Source: Nemertoderma westbladi | Taxonomy: Eukaryota > Animalia > Xenacoelomorpha | DNA: 64,000 nt | Assembly: GCA_032718475.1 (NCBI GenBank) | Contig: JAUCBJ010009009.1 | Location: 12,113-76,112 of the forward strand | Direction: 5' to 3' | Program-made: the position numbers and the translations under genes | In this document: piece after piece, positions 39,307-53,690 of the stretch | Numbering within the stretch: position 1 is the first letter of the stretch | Layout: each line of letters opens with the position of its first letter | The notes under the pieces: model-generated | Seen by the model: only the letters and a program-made list of their open reading frames with translations | The model's database searches: none | What the model was told of the DNA's origin: nothing

Positions 39307-42300
39307 CTCCACAACATATTTCACGCTCCACAACATATTTCACGCTCTACGACGTATTTCACGCTCTACGACGTATTTCACGCTCTACGACGTATTTCAC
39401 GCTCTACGACGTATTTCACGCTCCACAACATATTTCACGCTCCACAACATATTTTACGCTCCACAACATATTTCACACTCAACAACATATTTCACACTCC
39501 ACAACATATTTCACACTCCACAACATATTTCACGCTCCACAACATATTTCACACTCCACGACATTATTTCACGCTCTACGACGTATTTCACGCTCCACAA
39601 CATATTTCACACTCCACAACATATTTCACGCTCCACAACATATTTCACGCCCCACAACATATTTCACGCTCCACAACATATTTCACACTCAACAACATAT
39701 TTTACGCTCCACAACATATTTCACGCTCCACAACATATTCCACACTCCACAACATATTTCACGCTCCACAACATATTTCACGCTCCACAACATATTTCAC
39801 ACTCCACAACATATTTCACGCTCCACAACATATTTCACGCCCCACAACATATTTCACGCTCCACAACATATTTCACGCTCCACATCATATTTCATGCTCC
39901 ACAACATATTTCACGCTCCACAACATATTTCACGCTCCACAACATATTTCACGCTCCACAACATATTTCACACTCCACAACATATTTCACGCTCCACAAC
40001 ATATTTCACGCTCCACAACATATTTCACGCTCCACAACATATTTCACGCTCCACAACATATTTCACGCTCCACAACATATTTCACGCTCCACAACATATT
40101 TCACACTCCACAACATATTTCACGCTCCACAACATATTTCACGCTCCACAACATATTTCACACTCCACATCATATTTCATGCTCCACAACATATTTCACG
40201 CTCCACAACATATTTCACGCTCCACAACATATTTCACGCTCCACAACATATTTCACACTCCACATCATATTTCATGCTCCACAACATATTTCACGCTCCA
40301 CAACATATTTTACGCTCCACAACATATTTCACGCTCCACAACATATTTCACACTCCACAACATATTTCACGCTCCACAACATATTTCACGCTCCACAACA
40401 TATTTCACGCTCCACAACATATTTTACGCTCCACAACATATTTCACGCTCCACAACATATTTCACACTCCACAACATATTTCACGCTCCACAACATATTT
40501 CACGCTCCACAACATATTTCACGCTCCACATCATATTTCATGCTCCACAACATATTTCACGCTCCACAACATATTTTACGCTCCACAACATATTTCACGC
40601 TCCACAACATATTTCACACTCCACAACATATTTCATGCTCCACAACATATTTCACGCTCCACAACATATTTCACGCTCCACAACATATTTCACACTCCAC
40701 AACATATTTCACGCTCCACAACATATTTCACGCTCCACAACATATTTCACGCTCCACAACATATTTTACGCTCCACAACATATTTCACGCTCCACAACAT
40801 ATTTCACACTCCACAACATATTTCACGCTCCACAACATATTTCACGCTCCACAACATATTTCACGCTCCACAACATATTTCACACTCCACGAGATTATTT
40901 CACCCTCCACAACATATTTCACGCTCCACAACATATTTCACGCTCCACGACATTATTTCACGCTCCACAACATATTTCACACACCACAACATATTTCACG
41001 CTCCACAACATATTTCACACTCCACAACATATTTTACGCTCCACAACATATTTCACGCTCCACAACATATTTCACACTCCACAACATATTTCACGCTCCA
41101 CAACATATTTCACGCTCCACAACATATTTCACGCTCCACAACATATTTCACACTCCACGAGATTATTTCACCCTCCACAACATATTTCACGCTCCACAAC
41201 ATATTTCACGCTCCACGACATTATTTCACACTCCACAACATATTTCACGCTCCACAACATATTTCACGCTCCACAACATATTTCACGCTCCACAACATAT
41301 TTCACACTCCACAACATATTCCACACTCCACAACATATTTCACGCTCCACAACATATTTCACGCTCCACAACATATTTCACGCTCCACGACATTATTTCA
41401 CGCTCCACAACATATTTCACGCTCCACAACATATTTCACGCTCCACAACATATTTCACACTCCACAATATATTTCACACTCCACAACATATTCCACACTC
41501 CACAACATATTTCACGCTCCACAACATATTTCACGCTCCACAACATATTTCACGCTCCACAACATATTTCACGCTCCACAACATATTTCACGCTCCACAA
41601 CATATTCCACACTCCACAACATATTCCACACTCCACAACATATTCCACGCCCCACAACATATTTCACACTCCACAACATATTTCACGCTCCACAACATAT
41701 TTCACGCTCCACAACATATTTCACGCTCCACAACATATTTCACGCTCCACAACATATTTCACGCTCCACAACATATTTCACGCTCCACAACATATTTCAC
41801 ACTCCACAACATATTTCACACTCCACAACATATTTCACGCTCCACAACATATTTCACGCTCCACAACATATTTCACGCTCCACAACATATTTCACGCTCC
41901 ACAACATATTCCACACTCCACAACATATTCCACACTCCACAACATATTCCACGCCCCACAACATATTTCACACTCCACAACATATTTCACGCTCCACAAC
42001 ATATTTCACGCTCCACAACATATTTCACGCTCCACAACATATTTCACGCTCCACAACATATTTCACGCTCCACAACATATTTCACGCTCCACAACATATT
42101 TCACACTCCACAACATATTTCACGCTCCACAACATATTTCACGCTCCACAACATATTTCACGCTCCACAACATATTTCACGCTCCACAACATATTTCACG
42201 CTCCACAACATATTCCACACTCCACAACATATTCCACACTCCACAACATATTCCACGCCCCACAACATATTTCACACTCCACAACATATTTCACGCTCCA

Positions 42301-42315
42301 CGACGTATTTCACGC
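39307..42315. repeat. 19-bp minisatellite (CTCCACAACATATTTCACG), about 158 units, between the two paralogs
   Basis: Directly visible; the 19-aa period in the ORFs equals three 19-bp units. Confidence 0.97.
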
Positions 42316-42370
42316 CGACTTTGAAATTATTGTTATTTTTATTTAATTTATTCGTTTTCATTTATATTAC

Positions 42371-42658
42371 TTATGTTTCATAATATACTACCAGAACCAA
42401 AATTATTATGACTAGTATCACTATTATCGCAATTAAAACAGAAGCGATTATATCTCTCCTTGCCCTGTACGTTGCCGCTTTTCGCAGATCTTTATTTGCC
42501 TTTTTATTTAGTGCATAACCTTTCTCTTGATTATCCTGAATATTATTGATAACCTCTCCGTGTTTTTCACCGAGTTCTTGTACCTTGTGGAACATATCGC
42601 ATATATCCTCAATGCCTGTCTTTATTTGGTGTAGTTTTTCCTGATCTTCCTCTGGTTG
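42371..42658 (-). CDS. Syntaxin-like paralog A, last exon (Qa-SNARE motif plus C-terminal transmembrane anchor)
   Basis: ttacacAG| then QPEEDQEKLHQIKTGIEDICDMFHKVQELGEKHGEVINNIQDNQEKGYALNKKANKDLRKAATYRARR-DIIASVLIAIIVILVIIILVLVVYYET*. Aligns without gaps to the recalled syntaxin-7/12 SNARE motif, basic linker and TM segment. Confidence 0.85.
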   Translation of the reverse strand, partial: QPEEDQEKLHQIKTGIEDICDMFHKVQELGEKHGEVINNIQDNQEKGYALNKKANKDLRKAATYRARRDIIASVLIAIIVILVIIILVLVVYYET

Positions 42659-43037
42659 CTGTGTAATTGATATATTTAAATATTATTACTAGAAAGAATG
42701 TGCCCCTTCGGGCCACAGCTTTCCTTGCAAGTGCAGATGATTGAATAAGTGTGGAGAAATGTGTGGCAGAATGGAACAGACATATACCAGGATAAAATAA
42801 AATACCGCCCCCATAGGAGATAACTGTCAAGTTTCAACTTAGCGGATTCTAAATAATAAAATTTCGAGAAAATGATCACTTTCAGGCATTTCAACTTCAG
42901 TCCCAGTTATTAAAAGCGCACTAGATATTATTAAGTGCGTTTTTAATAATTATTAAGAGCGCTCTTAATAATTATAGAGTGCACTAGATAACTCTTAATA
43001 ATTATAGGTGTAATATTATGGGTTTGTTCAGAAGTGG

Positions 43038-43138
43038 AAAAAATGGGAGCGCGTCACCGGGGGTTGAACCAGCGCTATACGCACGTTTCTGCCTGACAGG
43101 CCTCATCAGTAGCGCTAACCAGCTCAGCCACTAGCCCC
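43038..43138 (-). other. tRNA-derived Pol III-type element (SINE head or tRNA pseudogene)
   Basis: A box TGGCTGAGCTGG, B-box-like GGTTCAACCCC and a downstream TTTTTT. The acceptor stem does not pair, so it is not called a tRNA. Confidence 0.55.
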
Positions 43139-43261
43139 TGACACTCGCAGTCCCACCTAATCCACTTCTATTGAACGGGCAGTCTTAAGTTGCAAATATT
43201 CTATATCTTCTATAATATTACACCTTTAATTACAGTTGCAACAGCTCATCTCCAATTTATT

Positions 43262-46200
43262 TAATTAATAATTATAGAGTGCACTAGATAACTCTTAATA
43301 ATTATAGAGTGCACTAGATAACTCTTAATAATTATAGAGTGCACAAGATAACTCTTAATAATTATAGAGTGCACTAGATAACTCTTAATAATTATAGAGT
43401 GCACTAGATAACTCTTAATAATTATAGAGTGCACTAGATAACTCTTAATAATTATAGAGTGCACTAGATAACTCATCTTAATAATTATAGAGTGCACAAG
43501 ATAACTCTTAATAATTATAGAGTGCACTAGATAACTCTTAATAATTATAGAGTGCACTAGATAACTCTTAATAATTATAGAGTGCACAAGATAACTCTTA
43601 ATAATTATAGAGTGCACTAGATAACTCTTAATAATTATAGAGTGCACAAGATAACTCTTAATAATTATAGAGTGCACTAGATAACTCTTAATAATTATAG
43701 AGTGCACAAGATAACTCTTAATAATTATAGAGTGCACTAGATAACTCTTAATAATTATAGAGTGCACAAGATAACTCATCTTAATAATTATAGAGTGCAC
43801 TAGATAACTCTTAATAATTATAGAGTGCACAAGATAACTCTTAATAATTATAGAGTGCACTAGATAACTCTTAATAATTATAGAGTGCACAAGATAACTC
43901 ATCTTAATAATTATAGAGTGCACTAGATAACTCTTAATAATTATAGAGTGCACTAGATAACTCTTAATAATTATAGAGTGTACTAGATAACTCTTAATAA
44001 TTATAGAGTGCACTAGATAACTCTTAATAATTATAGAGTGCACTAGATAACTCTTAATAATTATAGAGTGCACTAGATAACTCTTAATAATTATAGAGTG
44101 CACTAGATAACTCTTAATAATTATAGAGTGCACTAGATAACTCTTAATAATTATAGAGTGCACTAGATAACTCTTAATAATTATAGAGTGCACTAGATAA
44201 CTCTTAATAATTATAGAGTGCACTAGATAACTCTTAATAATTATAGAGTGCACTAGATAACTCTTAATAATTATAGAGTGCACTAGATAACTCATCTTAA
44301 TAATTATAGAGTGCACTAGATAACTCTTAATAATTATAGAGTGCACTAGATAACTCATCTTAATAATTATAGAGTGCACTAGATAACTCTTAATAATTAT
44401 AGAGTGCACTAGATAACTCTTAATAATTATAGAGTGCACTAGATAACTCTTAATAATTATAGAGTGCACTAGATAACTCTTAATAATTATAGAGTGCACT
44501 AGATAACTCTTAATAATTATAGAGTGCACTAGATAACTCTTAATAATTATAGAGTGCACTAGATAACTCTTAATAATTATAGAGTGCACTAGATAACTCT
44601 TAATAATTATAGAGTGCACTAGATAACTCTTAATAATTATAGAGTGCACTAGATAACTCTTAATAATTATAGAGTGCACTAGATAACTCTTAATAATTAT
44701 AGAGTGCACTAGATAACTCTTAATAATTATAGAGTGCACTAGATAACTCTTAATAATTATAGAGTGCACAAGATAACTCTTAATAATTATAGAGTGCACT
44801 AGATAACTCTTAATAATTATAGAGTGCACTAGATAACTCTTAATAATTATAGAGTGCACTAGATAACTCATCTTAATAATTATAGAGTGCACAAGATAAC
44901 TCTTAATAATTATAGAGTGCACTAGATAACTCATCTAATAATTATAGAGTGCACTAGATAACTCTTAATAATTATAGAGTGCACTAGATAACTCCTTAAT
45001 AATTATAGAGTGCACTAGATAACTCATCTTAATAATTATAGAGTGCACAAGATAACTCTTAATAATTATAGAGTGCACTAGATAACTCATCTTAATAATT
45101 ATAGAGTGCACAAGATAACTCATCTTAATAATTATAGAGTGCACTAGATAACTCTTAATAATTATAGAGTGCACTAGATAACTCTTAATAATTATAGAGT
45201 GCACTAGATAACTCTTAATAATTATAGAGTGCACTAGATAACTCTTAATAATTATAGAGTGCACTAGATAACTCTTAATAATTATAGAGTGCACTAGATA
45301 ACTCTTAATAATTATAGAGTGCACTAGATAACTCTTAATAATTATAGAGTGCACTAGATAACTCTTAATAATTATAGAGTGCACAAGATAACTCTTAATA
45401 ATTATAGAGTGCACTAGATAACTCTTAATAATTATAGAGTGCACTAGATAACTCTTAATAATTATAGAGTGCACTAGATAACTCTTAATAATTATAGAGT
45501 GCACAAGATAACTCTTAATAATTATAGAGTGCACTAGATAACTCTTAATAATTATAGAGTGCACTAGATAACTCTTAATAATTATAGAGTGCACAAGATA
45601 ACTCTTAATAATTATAGAGTGCACTAGATAACTCTTAATAATTATAGAGTGCACAAGATAACTCTTAATAATTATAGAGTGCACTAGATAACTCTTAATA
45701 ATTATAGAGTGCACTAGATAACTCTTAATAATTATAGAGTGCACTAGATAACTCTTAATAATTATAGAGTGCACTAGATAACTCTTAATAATTATAGAGT
45801 GCACTAGATAACTCTTAATAATTATAGAGTGCACTAGATAACTCTTAATAATTATAGAGTGCACTAGATAACTCTTAATAATTATAGAGTGCACTAGATA
45901 ACTCTTAATAATTATAGAGTGCACTAGATAACTCTTAATAATTATAGAGTGCACTAGATAACTCTTAATAATTATAGAGTGCACTAGATAACTCTTAATA
46001 ATTATAGAGTGCACTAGATAACTCTTAATAATTATAGAGTGCACTAGATAACTCTTAATAATTATAGAGTGCACTAGATAACTCTTAATAATTATAGAGT
46101 GCACTAGATAACTCTTAATAATTATAGAGTGCACTAGATAACTCTTAATAATTATAGAGTGCACTAGATAACTCTTAATAATTATAGAGTGCACTAGATA

Positions 46201-49200
46201 ACTCTTAATAATTATAGAGTGCACTAGATAACTCTTAATAATTATAGAGTGCACTAGATAACTCTTAATAATTATAGAGTGCACTAGATAACTCTTAATA
46301 ATTATAGAGTGCACTAGATAACTCTTAATAATTATAGAGTGCACTAGATAACTCTTAATAATTATAGAGTGCACTAGATAACTCTTAATAATTATAGAGT
46401 GCACTAGATAACTCTTAATAATTATAGAGTGCACTAGATAACTCTTAATAATTATAGAGTGCACTAGATAACTCTTAATAATTATAGAGTGCACTAGATA
46501 ACTCTTAATAATTATAGAGTGCACTAGATAACTCTTAATAATTATAGAGTGCACTAGATAACTCTTAATAATTATAGAGTGCACTAGATAACTCTTAATA
46601 ATTATAGAGTGCACTAGATAACTCTTAATAATTATAGAGTGCACTAGATAACTCTTAATAATTATAGAGTGCACTAGATAACTCTTAATAATTATAGAGT
46701 GCACTAGATAACTCTTAATAATTATAGAGTGCACTAGATAACTCTTAATAATTATAGAGTGCACTAGATAACTCTTAATAATTATAGAGTGCACTAGATA
46801 ACTCTTAATAATTATAGAGTGCACTAGATAACTCTTAATAATTATAGAGTGCACTAGATAACTCTTAATAATTATAGAGTGCACTAGATAACTCTTAATA
46901 ATTATAGAGTGCACTAGATAACTCTTAATAATTATAGAGTGCACTAGATAACTCTTAATAATTATAGAGTGCACTAGATAACTCTTAATAATTATAGAGT
47001 GCACTAGATAACTCTTAATAATTATAGAGTGCACTAGATAACTCTTAATAATTATAGAGTGCACTAGATAACTCTTAATAATTATAGAGTGCACTAGATA
47101 ACTCTTAATAATTATAGAGTGCACTAGATAACTCTTAATAATTATAGAGTGCACTAGATAACTCTTAATAATTATAGAGTGCACTAGATAACTCTTAATA
47201 ATTATAGAGTGCACTAGATAACTCTTAATAATTATAGAGTGCACTAGATAACTCTTAATAATTATAGAGTGCACTAGATAACTCTTAATAATTATAGAGT
47301 GCACTAGATAACTCTTAATAATTATAGAGTGCACTAGATAACTCTTAATAATTATAGAGTGCACTAGATAACTCTTAATAATTATAGAGTGCACTAGATA
47401 ACTCTTAATAATTATAGAGTGCACTAGATAACTCTTAATAATTATAGAGTGCACTAGATAACTCTTAATAATTATAGAGTGCACTAGATAACTCTTAATA
47501 ATTATAGAGTGCACTAGATAACTCTTAATAATTATAGAGTGCACTAGATAACTCTTAATAATTATAGAGTGCACTAGATAACTCTTAATAATTATAGAGT
47601 GCACTAGATAACTCTTAATAATTATAGAGTGCACTAGATAACTCTTAATAATTATAGAGTGCACTAGATAACTCTTAATAATTATAGAGTGCACTAGATA
47701 ACTCTTAATAATTATAGAGTGCACTAGATAACTCTTAATAATTATAGAGTGCACTAGATAACTCTTAATAATTATAGAGTGCACTAGATAACTCTTAATA
47801 ATTATAGAGTGCACTAGATAACTCTTAATAATTATAGAGTGCACTAGATAACTCTTAATAATTATAGAGTGCACTAGATAACTCTTAATAATTATAGAGT
47901 GCACTAGATAACTCTTAATAATTATAGAGTGCACTAGATAACTCTTAATAATTATAGAGTGCACTAGATAACTCTTAATAATTATAGAGTGCACTAGATA
48001 ACTCTTAATAATTATAGAGTGCACTAGATAACTCTTAATAATTATAGAGTGCACTAGATAACTCTTAATAATTATAGAGTGCACTAGATAACTCTTAATA
48101 ATTATAGAGTGCACTAGATAACTCTTAATAATTATAGAGTGCACTAGATAACTCTTAATAATTATAGAGTGCACTAGATAACTCTTAATAATTATAGAGT
48201 GCACTAGATAACTCTTAATAATTATAGAGTGCACTAGATAACTCTTAATAATTATAGAGTGCACTAGATAACTCTTAATAATTATAGAGTGCACTAGATA
48301 ACTCTTAATAATTATAGAGTGCACTAGATAACTCTTAATAATTATAGAGTGCACTAGATAACTCTTAATAATTATAGAGTGCACTAGATAACTCTTAATA
48401 ATTATAGAGTGCACTAGATAACTCTTAATAATTATAGAGTGCACTAGATAACTCTTAATAATTATAGAGTGCACTAGATAACTCTTAATAATTATAGAGT
48501 GCACTAGATAACTCTTAATAATTATAGAGTGCACTAGATAACTCTTAATAATTATAGAGTGCACTAGATAACTCTTAATAATTATAGAGTGCACTAGATA
48601 ACTCTTAATAATTATAGAGTGCACTAGATAACTCTTAATAATTATAGAGTGCACTAGATAACTCTTAATAATTATAGAGTGCACTAGATAACTCTTAATA
48701 ATTATAGAGTGCACTAGATAACTCTTAATAATTATAGAGTGCACTAGATAACTCTTAATAATTATAGAGTGCACTAGATAACTCTTAATAATTATAGAGT
48801 GCACTAGATAACTCTTAATAATTATAGAGTGCACTAGATAACTCTTAATAATTATAGAGTGCACTAGATAACTCTTAATAATTATAGAGTGCACTAGATA
48901 ACTCTTAATAATTATAGAGTGCACTAGATAACTCTTAATAATTATAGAGTGCACTAGATAACTCTTAATAATTATAGAGTGCACTAGATAACTCTTAATA
49001 ATTATAGAGTGCACTAGATAACTCTTAATAATTATAGAGTGCACTAGATAACTCTTAATAATTATAGAGTGCACTAGATAACTCTTAATAATTATAGAGT
49101 GCACTAGATAACTCTTAATAATTATAGAGTGCACTAGATAACTCTTAATAATTATAGAGTGCACTAGATAACTCTTAATAATTATAGAGTGCACTAGATA

Positions 49201-52200
49201 ACTCTTAATAATTATAGAGTGCACTAGATAACTCTTAATAATTATAGAGTGCACTAGATAACTCTTAATAATTATAGAGTGCACTAGATAACTCTTAATA
49301 ATTATAGAGTGCACTAGATAACTCTTAATAATTATAGAGTGCACTAGATAACTCTTAATAATTATAGAGTGCACTAGATAACTCTTAATAATTATAGAGT
49401 GCACTAGATAACTCTTAATAATTATAGAGTGCACTAGATAACTCTTAATAATTATAGAGTGCACTAGATAACTCTTAATAATTATAGAGTGCACTAGATA
49501 ACTCTTAATAATTATAGAGTGCACTAGATAACTCTTAATAATTATAGAGTGCACTAGATAACTCTTAATAATTATAGAGTGCACTAGATAACTCTTAATA
49601 ATTATAGAGTGCACTAGATAACTCTTAATAATTATAGAGTGCACTAGATAACTCTTAATAATTATAGAGTGCACTAGATAACTCTTAATAATTATAGAGT
49701 GCACTAGATAACTCTTAATAATTATAGAGTGCACTAGATAACTCTTAATAATTATAGAGTGCACTAGATAACTCTTAATAATTATAGAGTGCACTAGATA
49801 ACTCTTAATAATTATAGAGTGCACTAGATAACTCTTAATAATTATAGAGTGCACTAGATAACTCTTAATAATTATAGAGTGCACTAGATAACTCTTAATA
49901 ATTATAGAGTGCACTAGATAACTCTTAATAATTATAGAGTGCACTAGATAACTCTTAATAATTATAGAGTGCACTAGATAACTCTTAATAATTATAGAGT
50001 GCACTAGATAACTCTTAATAATTATAGAGTGCACTAGATAACTCTTAATAATTATAGAGTGCACTAGATAACTCTTAATAATTATAGAGTGCACTAGATA
50101 ACTCTTAATAATTATAGAGTGCACTAGATAACTCTTAATAATTATAGAGTGCACTAGATAACTCTTAATAATTATAGAGTGCACTAGATAACTCTTAATA
50201 ATTATAGAGTGCACTAGATAACTCTTAATAATTATAGAGTGCACTAGATAACTCTTAATAATTATAGAGTGCACTAGATAACTCTTAATAATTATAGAGT
50301 GCACTAGATAACTCTTAATAATTATAGAGTGCACTAGATAACTCTTAATAATTATAGAGTGCACTAGATAACTCTTAATAATTATAGAGTGCACTAGATA
50401 ACTCTTAATAATTATAGAGTGCACTAGATAACTCTTAATAATTATAGAGTGCACTAGATAACTCTTAATAATTATAGAGTGCACTAGATAACTCTTAATA
50501 ATTATAGAGTGCACTAGATAACTCTTAATAATTATAGAGTGCACTAGATAACTCTTAATAATTATAGAGTGCACTAGATAACTCTTAATAATTATAGAGT
50601 GCACTAGATAACTCTTAATAATTATAGAGTGCACTAGATAACTCTTAATAATTATAGAGTGCACTAGATAACTCTTAATAATTATAGAGTGCACTAGATA
50701 ACTCTTAATAATTATAGAGTGCACTAGATAACTCTTAATAATTATAGAGTGCACTAGATAACTCTTAATAATTATAGAGTGCACTAGATAACTCTTAATA
50801 ATTATAGAGTGCACTAGATAACTCTTAATAATTATAGAGTGCACTAGATAACTCTTAATAATTATAGAGTGCACTAGATAACTCTTAATAATTATAGAGT
50901 GCACTAGATAACTCTTAATAATTATAGAGTGCACTAGATAACTCTTAATAATTATAGAGTGCACTAGATAACTCTTAATAATTATAGAGTGCACTAGATA
51001 ACTCTTAATAATTATAGAGTGCACTAGATAACTCTTAATAATTATAGAGTGCACTAGATAACTCTTAATAATTATAGAGTGCACTAGATAACTCTTAATA
51101 ATTATAGAGTGCACTAGATAACTCTTAATAATTATAGAGTGCACTAGATAACTCTTAATAATTATAGAGTGCACTAGATAACTCTTAATAATTATAGAGT
51201 GCACTAGATAACTCTTAATAATTATAGAGTGCACTAGATAACTCTTAATAATTATAGAGTGCACTAGATAACTCTTAATAATTATAGAGTGCACTAGATA
51301 ACTCTTAATAATTATAGAGTGCACTAGATAACTCTTAATAATTATAGAGTGCACTAGATAACTCTTAATAATTATAGAGTGCACTAGATAACTCTTAATA
51401 ATTATAGAGTGCACTAGATAACTCTTAATAATTATAGAGTGCACTAGATAACTCTTAATAATTATAGAGTGCACTAGATAACTCTTAATAATTATAGAGT
51501 GCACTAGATAACTCTTAATAATTATAGAGTGCACTAGATAACTCTTAATAATTATAGAGTGCACTAGATAACTCTTAATAATTATAGAGTGCACTAGATA
51601 ACTCTTAATAATTATAGAGTGCACTAGATAACTCTTAATAATTATAGAGTGCACTAGATAACTCTTAATAATTATAGAGTGCACTAGATAACTCTTAATA
51701 ATTATAGAGTGCACAAGATAACTCTTAATAATTATAGAGTGCACTAGATAACTCATCTTAATAATTATAGAGTGCACAAGATAACTCTTAATAATTATAG
51801 AGTGCACTAGATAACTCTTAATAATTATAGAGTGCACTAGATAACTCTTAATAATTATAGAGTGCACTAGATAACTCTTAATAATTATAGAGTGCACTAG
51901 ATAACTCTTAATAATTATAGAGTGCACTAGATAACTCTTAATAATTATAGAGTGCACAAGATAACTCTTAATAATTATAGAGTGCACTAGATAACTCTTA
52001 ATAATTATAGAGTGCACTAGATAACTCTTAATAATTATAGAGTGCACAAGATAACTCTTAATAATTATAGAGTGCACTAGATAACTCATCTTAATAATTA
52101 TAGAGTGCACAAGATAACTCTTAATAATTATAGAGTGCACTAGATAACTCTTAATAATTATAGAGTGCACTAGATAACTCTTAATAATTATAGAGTGCAC

Positions 52201-53690
52201 TAGATAACTCTTAATAATTATAGAGTGCACTAGATAACTCTTAATAATTATAGAGTGCACTAGATAACTCTTAATAATTATAGAGTGCACTAGATAACTC
52301 TTAATAATTATAGAGTGCACAAGATAACTCTTAATAATTATAGAGTGCACTAGATAACTCTTAATAATTATAGAGTGCACTAGATAACTCTTAATAATTA
52401 TAGAGTGCACTAGATAACTCTTAATAATTATAGAGTGCACTAGATAACTCTTAATAATTATAGAGTGCACAAGATAACTCTTAATAATTATAGAGTGCAC
52501 TAGATAACTCATCTTAATAATTATAGAGTGCACAAGATAACTCTTAATAATTATAGAGTGCACTAGATAACTCTTAATAATTATAGAGTGCACTAGATAA
52601 CTCTTAATAATTATAGAGTGCACTAGATAACTCTTAATAATTATAGAGTGCACAAGATAACTCTTAATAATTATAGAGTGCACTAGATAACTCATCTTAA
52701 TAATTATAGAGTGCACTAGATAACTCTTAATAATTATAGAGTGTACTAGATAACTCTTAATAATTATAGAGTGCACTAGATAACTCTTAATAATTATAGA
52801 GTGCACTAGATAACTCTTAATAATTATAGAGTGCACAAGATAACTCTTAATAATTATAGAGTGTACTAGATAACTCTTAATAATTATAGAGTGCACAAGA
52901 TAACTCTTAATAATTATAGAGTGCACTAGATAACTCTTAATAATTATAGAGTGCACAAGATAACTCTTAATAATTATAGAGTGCACTAGATAACTCTTAA
53001 TAATTATAGAGTGTACTAGATAACTCTTAATAATTATAGAGTGCACTAGATAACTCATCTTAATAATTATAGAGTGCACAAGATAACTCTTAATAATTAT
53101 AGAGTGCACTAGATAACTCTTAATAATTATAGAGTGCACTAGATAACTCTTAATAATTATAGAGTGCACTAGATAACTCTTAATAATTATAGAGTGCACA
53201 AGATAACTCTTAATAATTATAGAGTGCACTAGATAACTCTTAATAATTATAGAGTGCACAAGATAACTCTTAATAATTATAGAGTGCACTAGATAACTCT
53301 TAATAATTATAGAGTGTACTAGATAACTCTTAATAATTATAGAGTGCACTAGATAACTCATCTTAATAATTATAGAGTGCACAAGATAACTCTTAATAAT
53401 TATAGAGTGCACTAGATAACTCTTAATAATTATAGAGTGCACTAGATAACTCTTAATAATTATAGAGTGCACTAGATAACTCTTAATAATTATAGAGTGC
53501 ACTAGATAACTCTTAATAATTATAGAGTGCACTAGATAACTCTTAATAATTATAGAGTGCACTAGATAACTCTTAATAATTATAGAGTGTACTAGATAAC
53601 TCTTAATAATTATAGAGTGCACTAGATAACTCATCTTAATAATTATAGAGTGCACTAGATAACTCTTAATAATTATAGAGTGTACTAGAT
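43262..53690. repeat. 30-bp AT-rich satellite (ACTCTTAATAATTATAGAGTGCACTAGATA), about 345 units, in the intron of paralog A
   Basis: Directly visible; 33-bp (+ATC) and point variants occur only near the edges. Confidence 0.98.

Larger units (their letters stand above)
38637..39307. repeat. Duplicated block (paralog B upstream region and first exon), copy at about 61341-61976
   Basis: Near-identical from TCGTA(T/A)TATATTAAGAAAGCTCGG to GTTTCTAATGGAAGTC, except within the 5' coding part. Confidence 0.9.

Noticed and set aside
39287-42383. His-rich repeat ORFs
   Set aside because: All three plus frames are open because the 19-bp unit has no stop on that strand.
43038-43138. Functional tRNA gene
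   Set aside because: A and B boxes are present, but there is no pairing acceptor stem or clear anticodon arm.
43261-53655. 2896-aa and 557-aa SYLVHSIIIK repeat ORFs
   Set aside because: Translation of a 30-bp satellite inside an intron; no unique coding flank.
235-53690. CRISPR-like arrays
   Set aside because: Units are head-to-tail with no unique spacers, there are no cas genes, and the context is eukaryotic.
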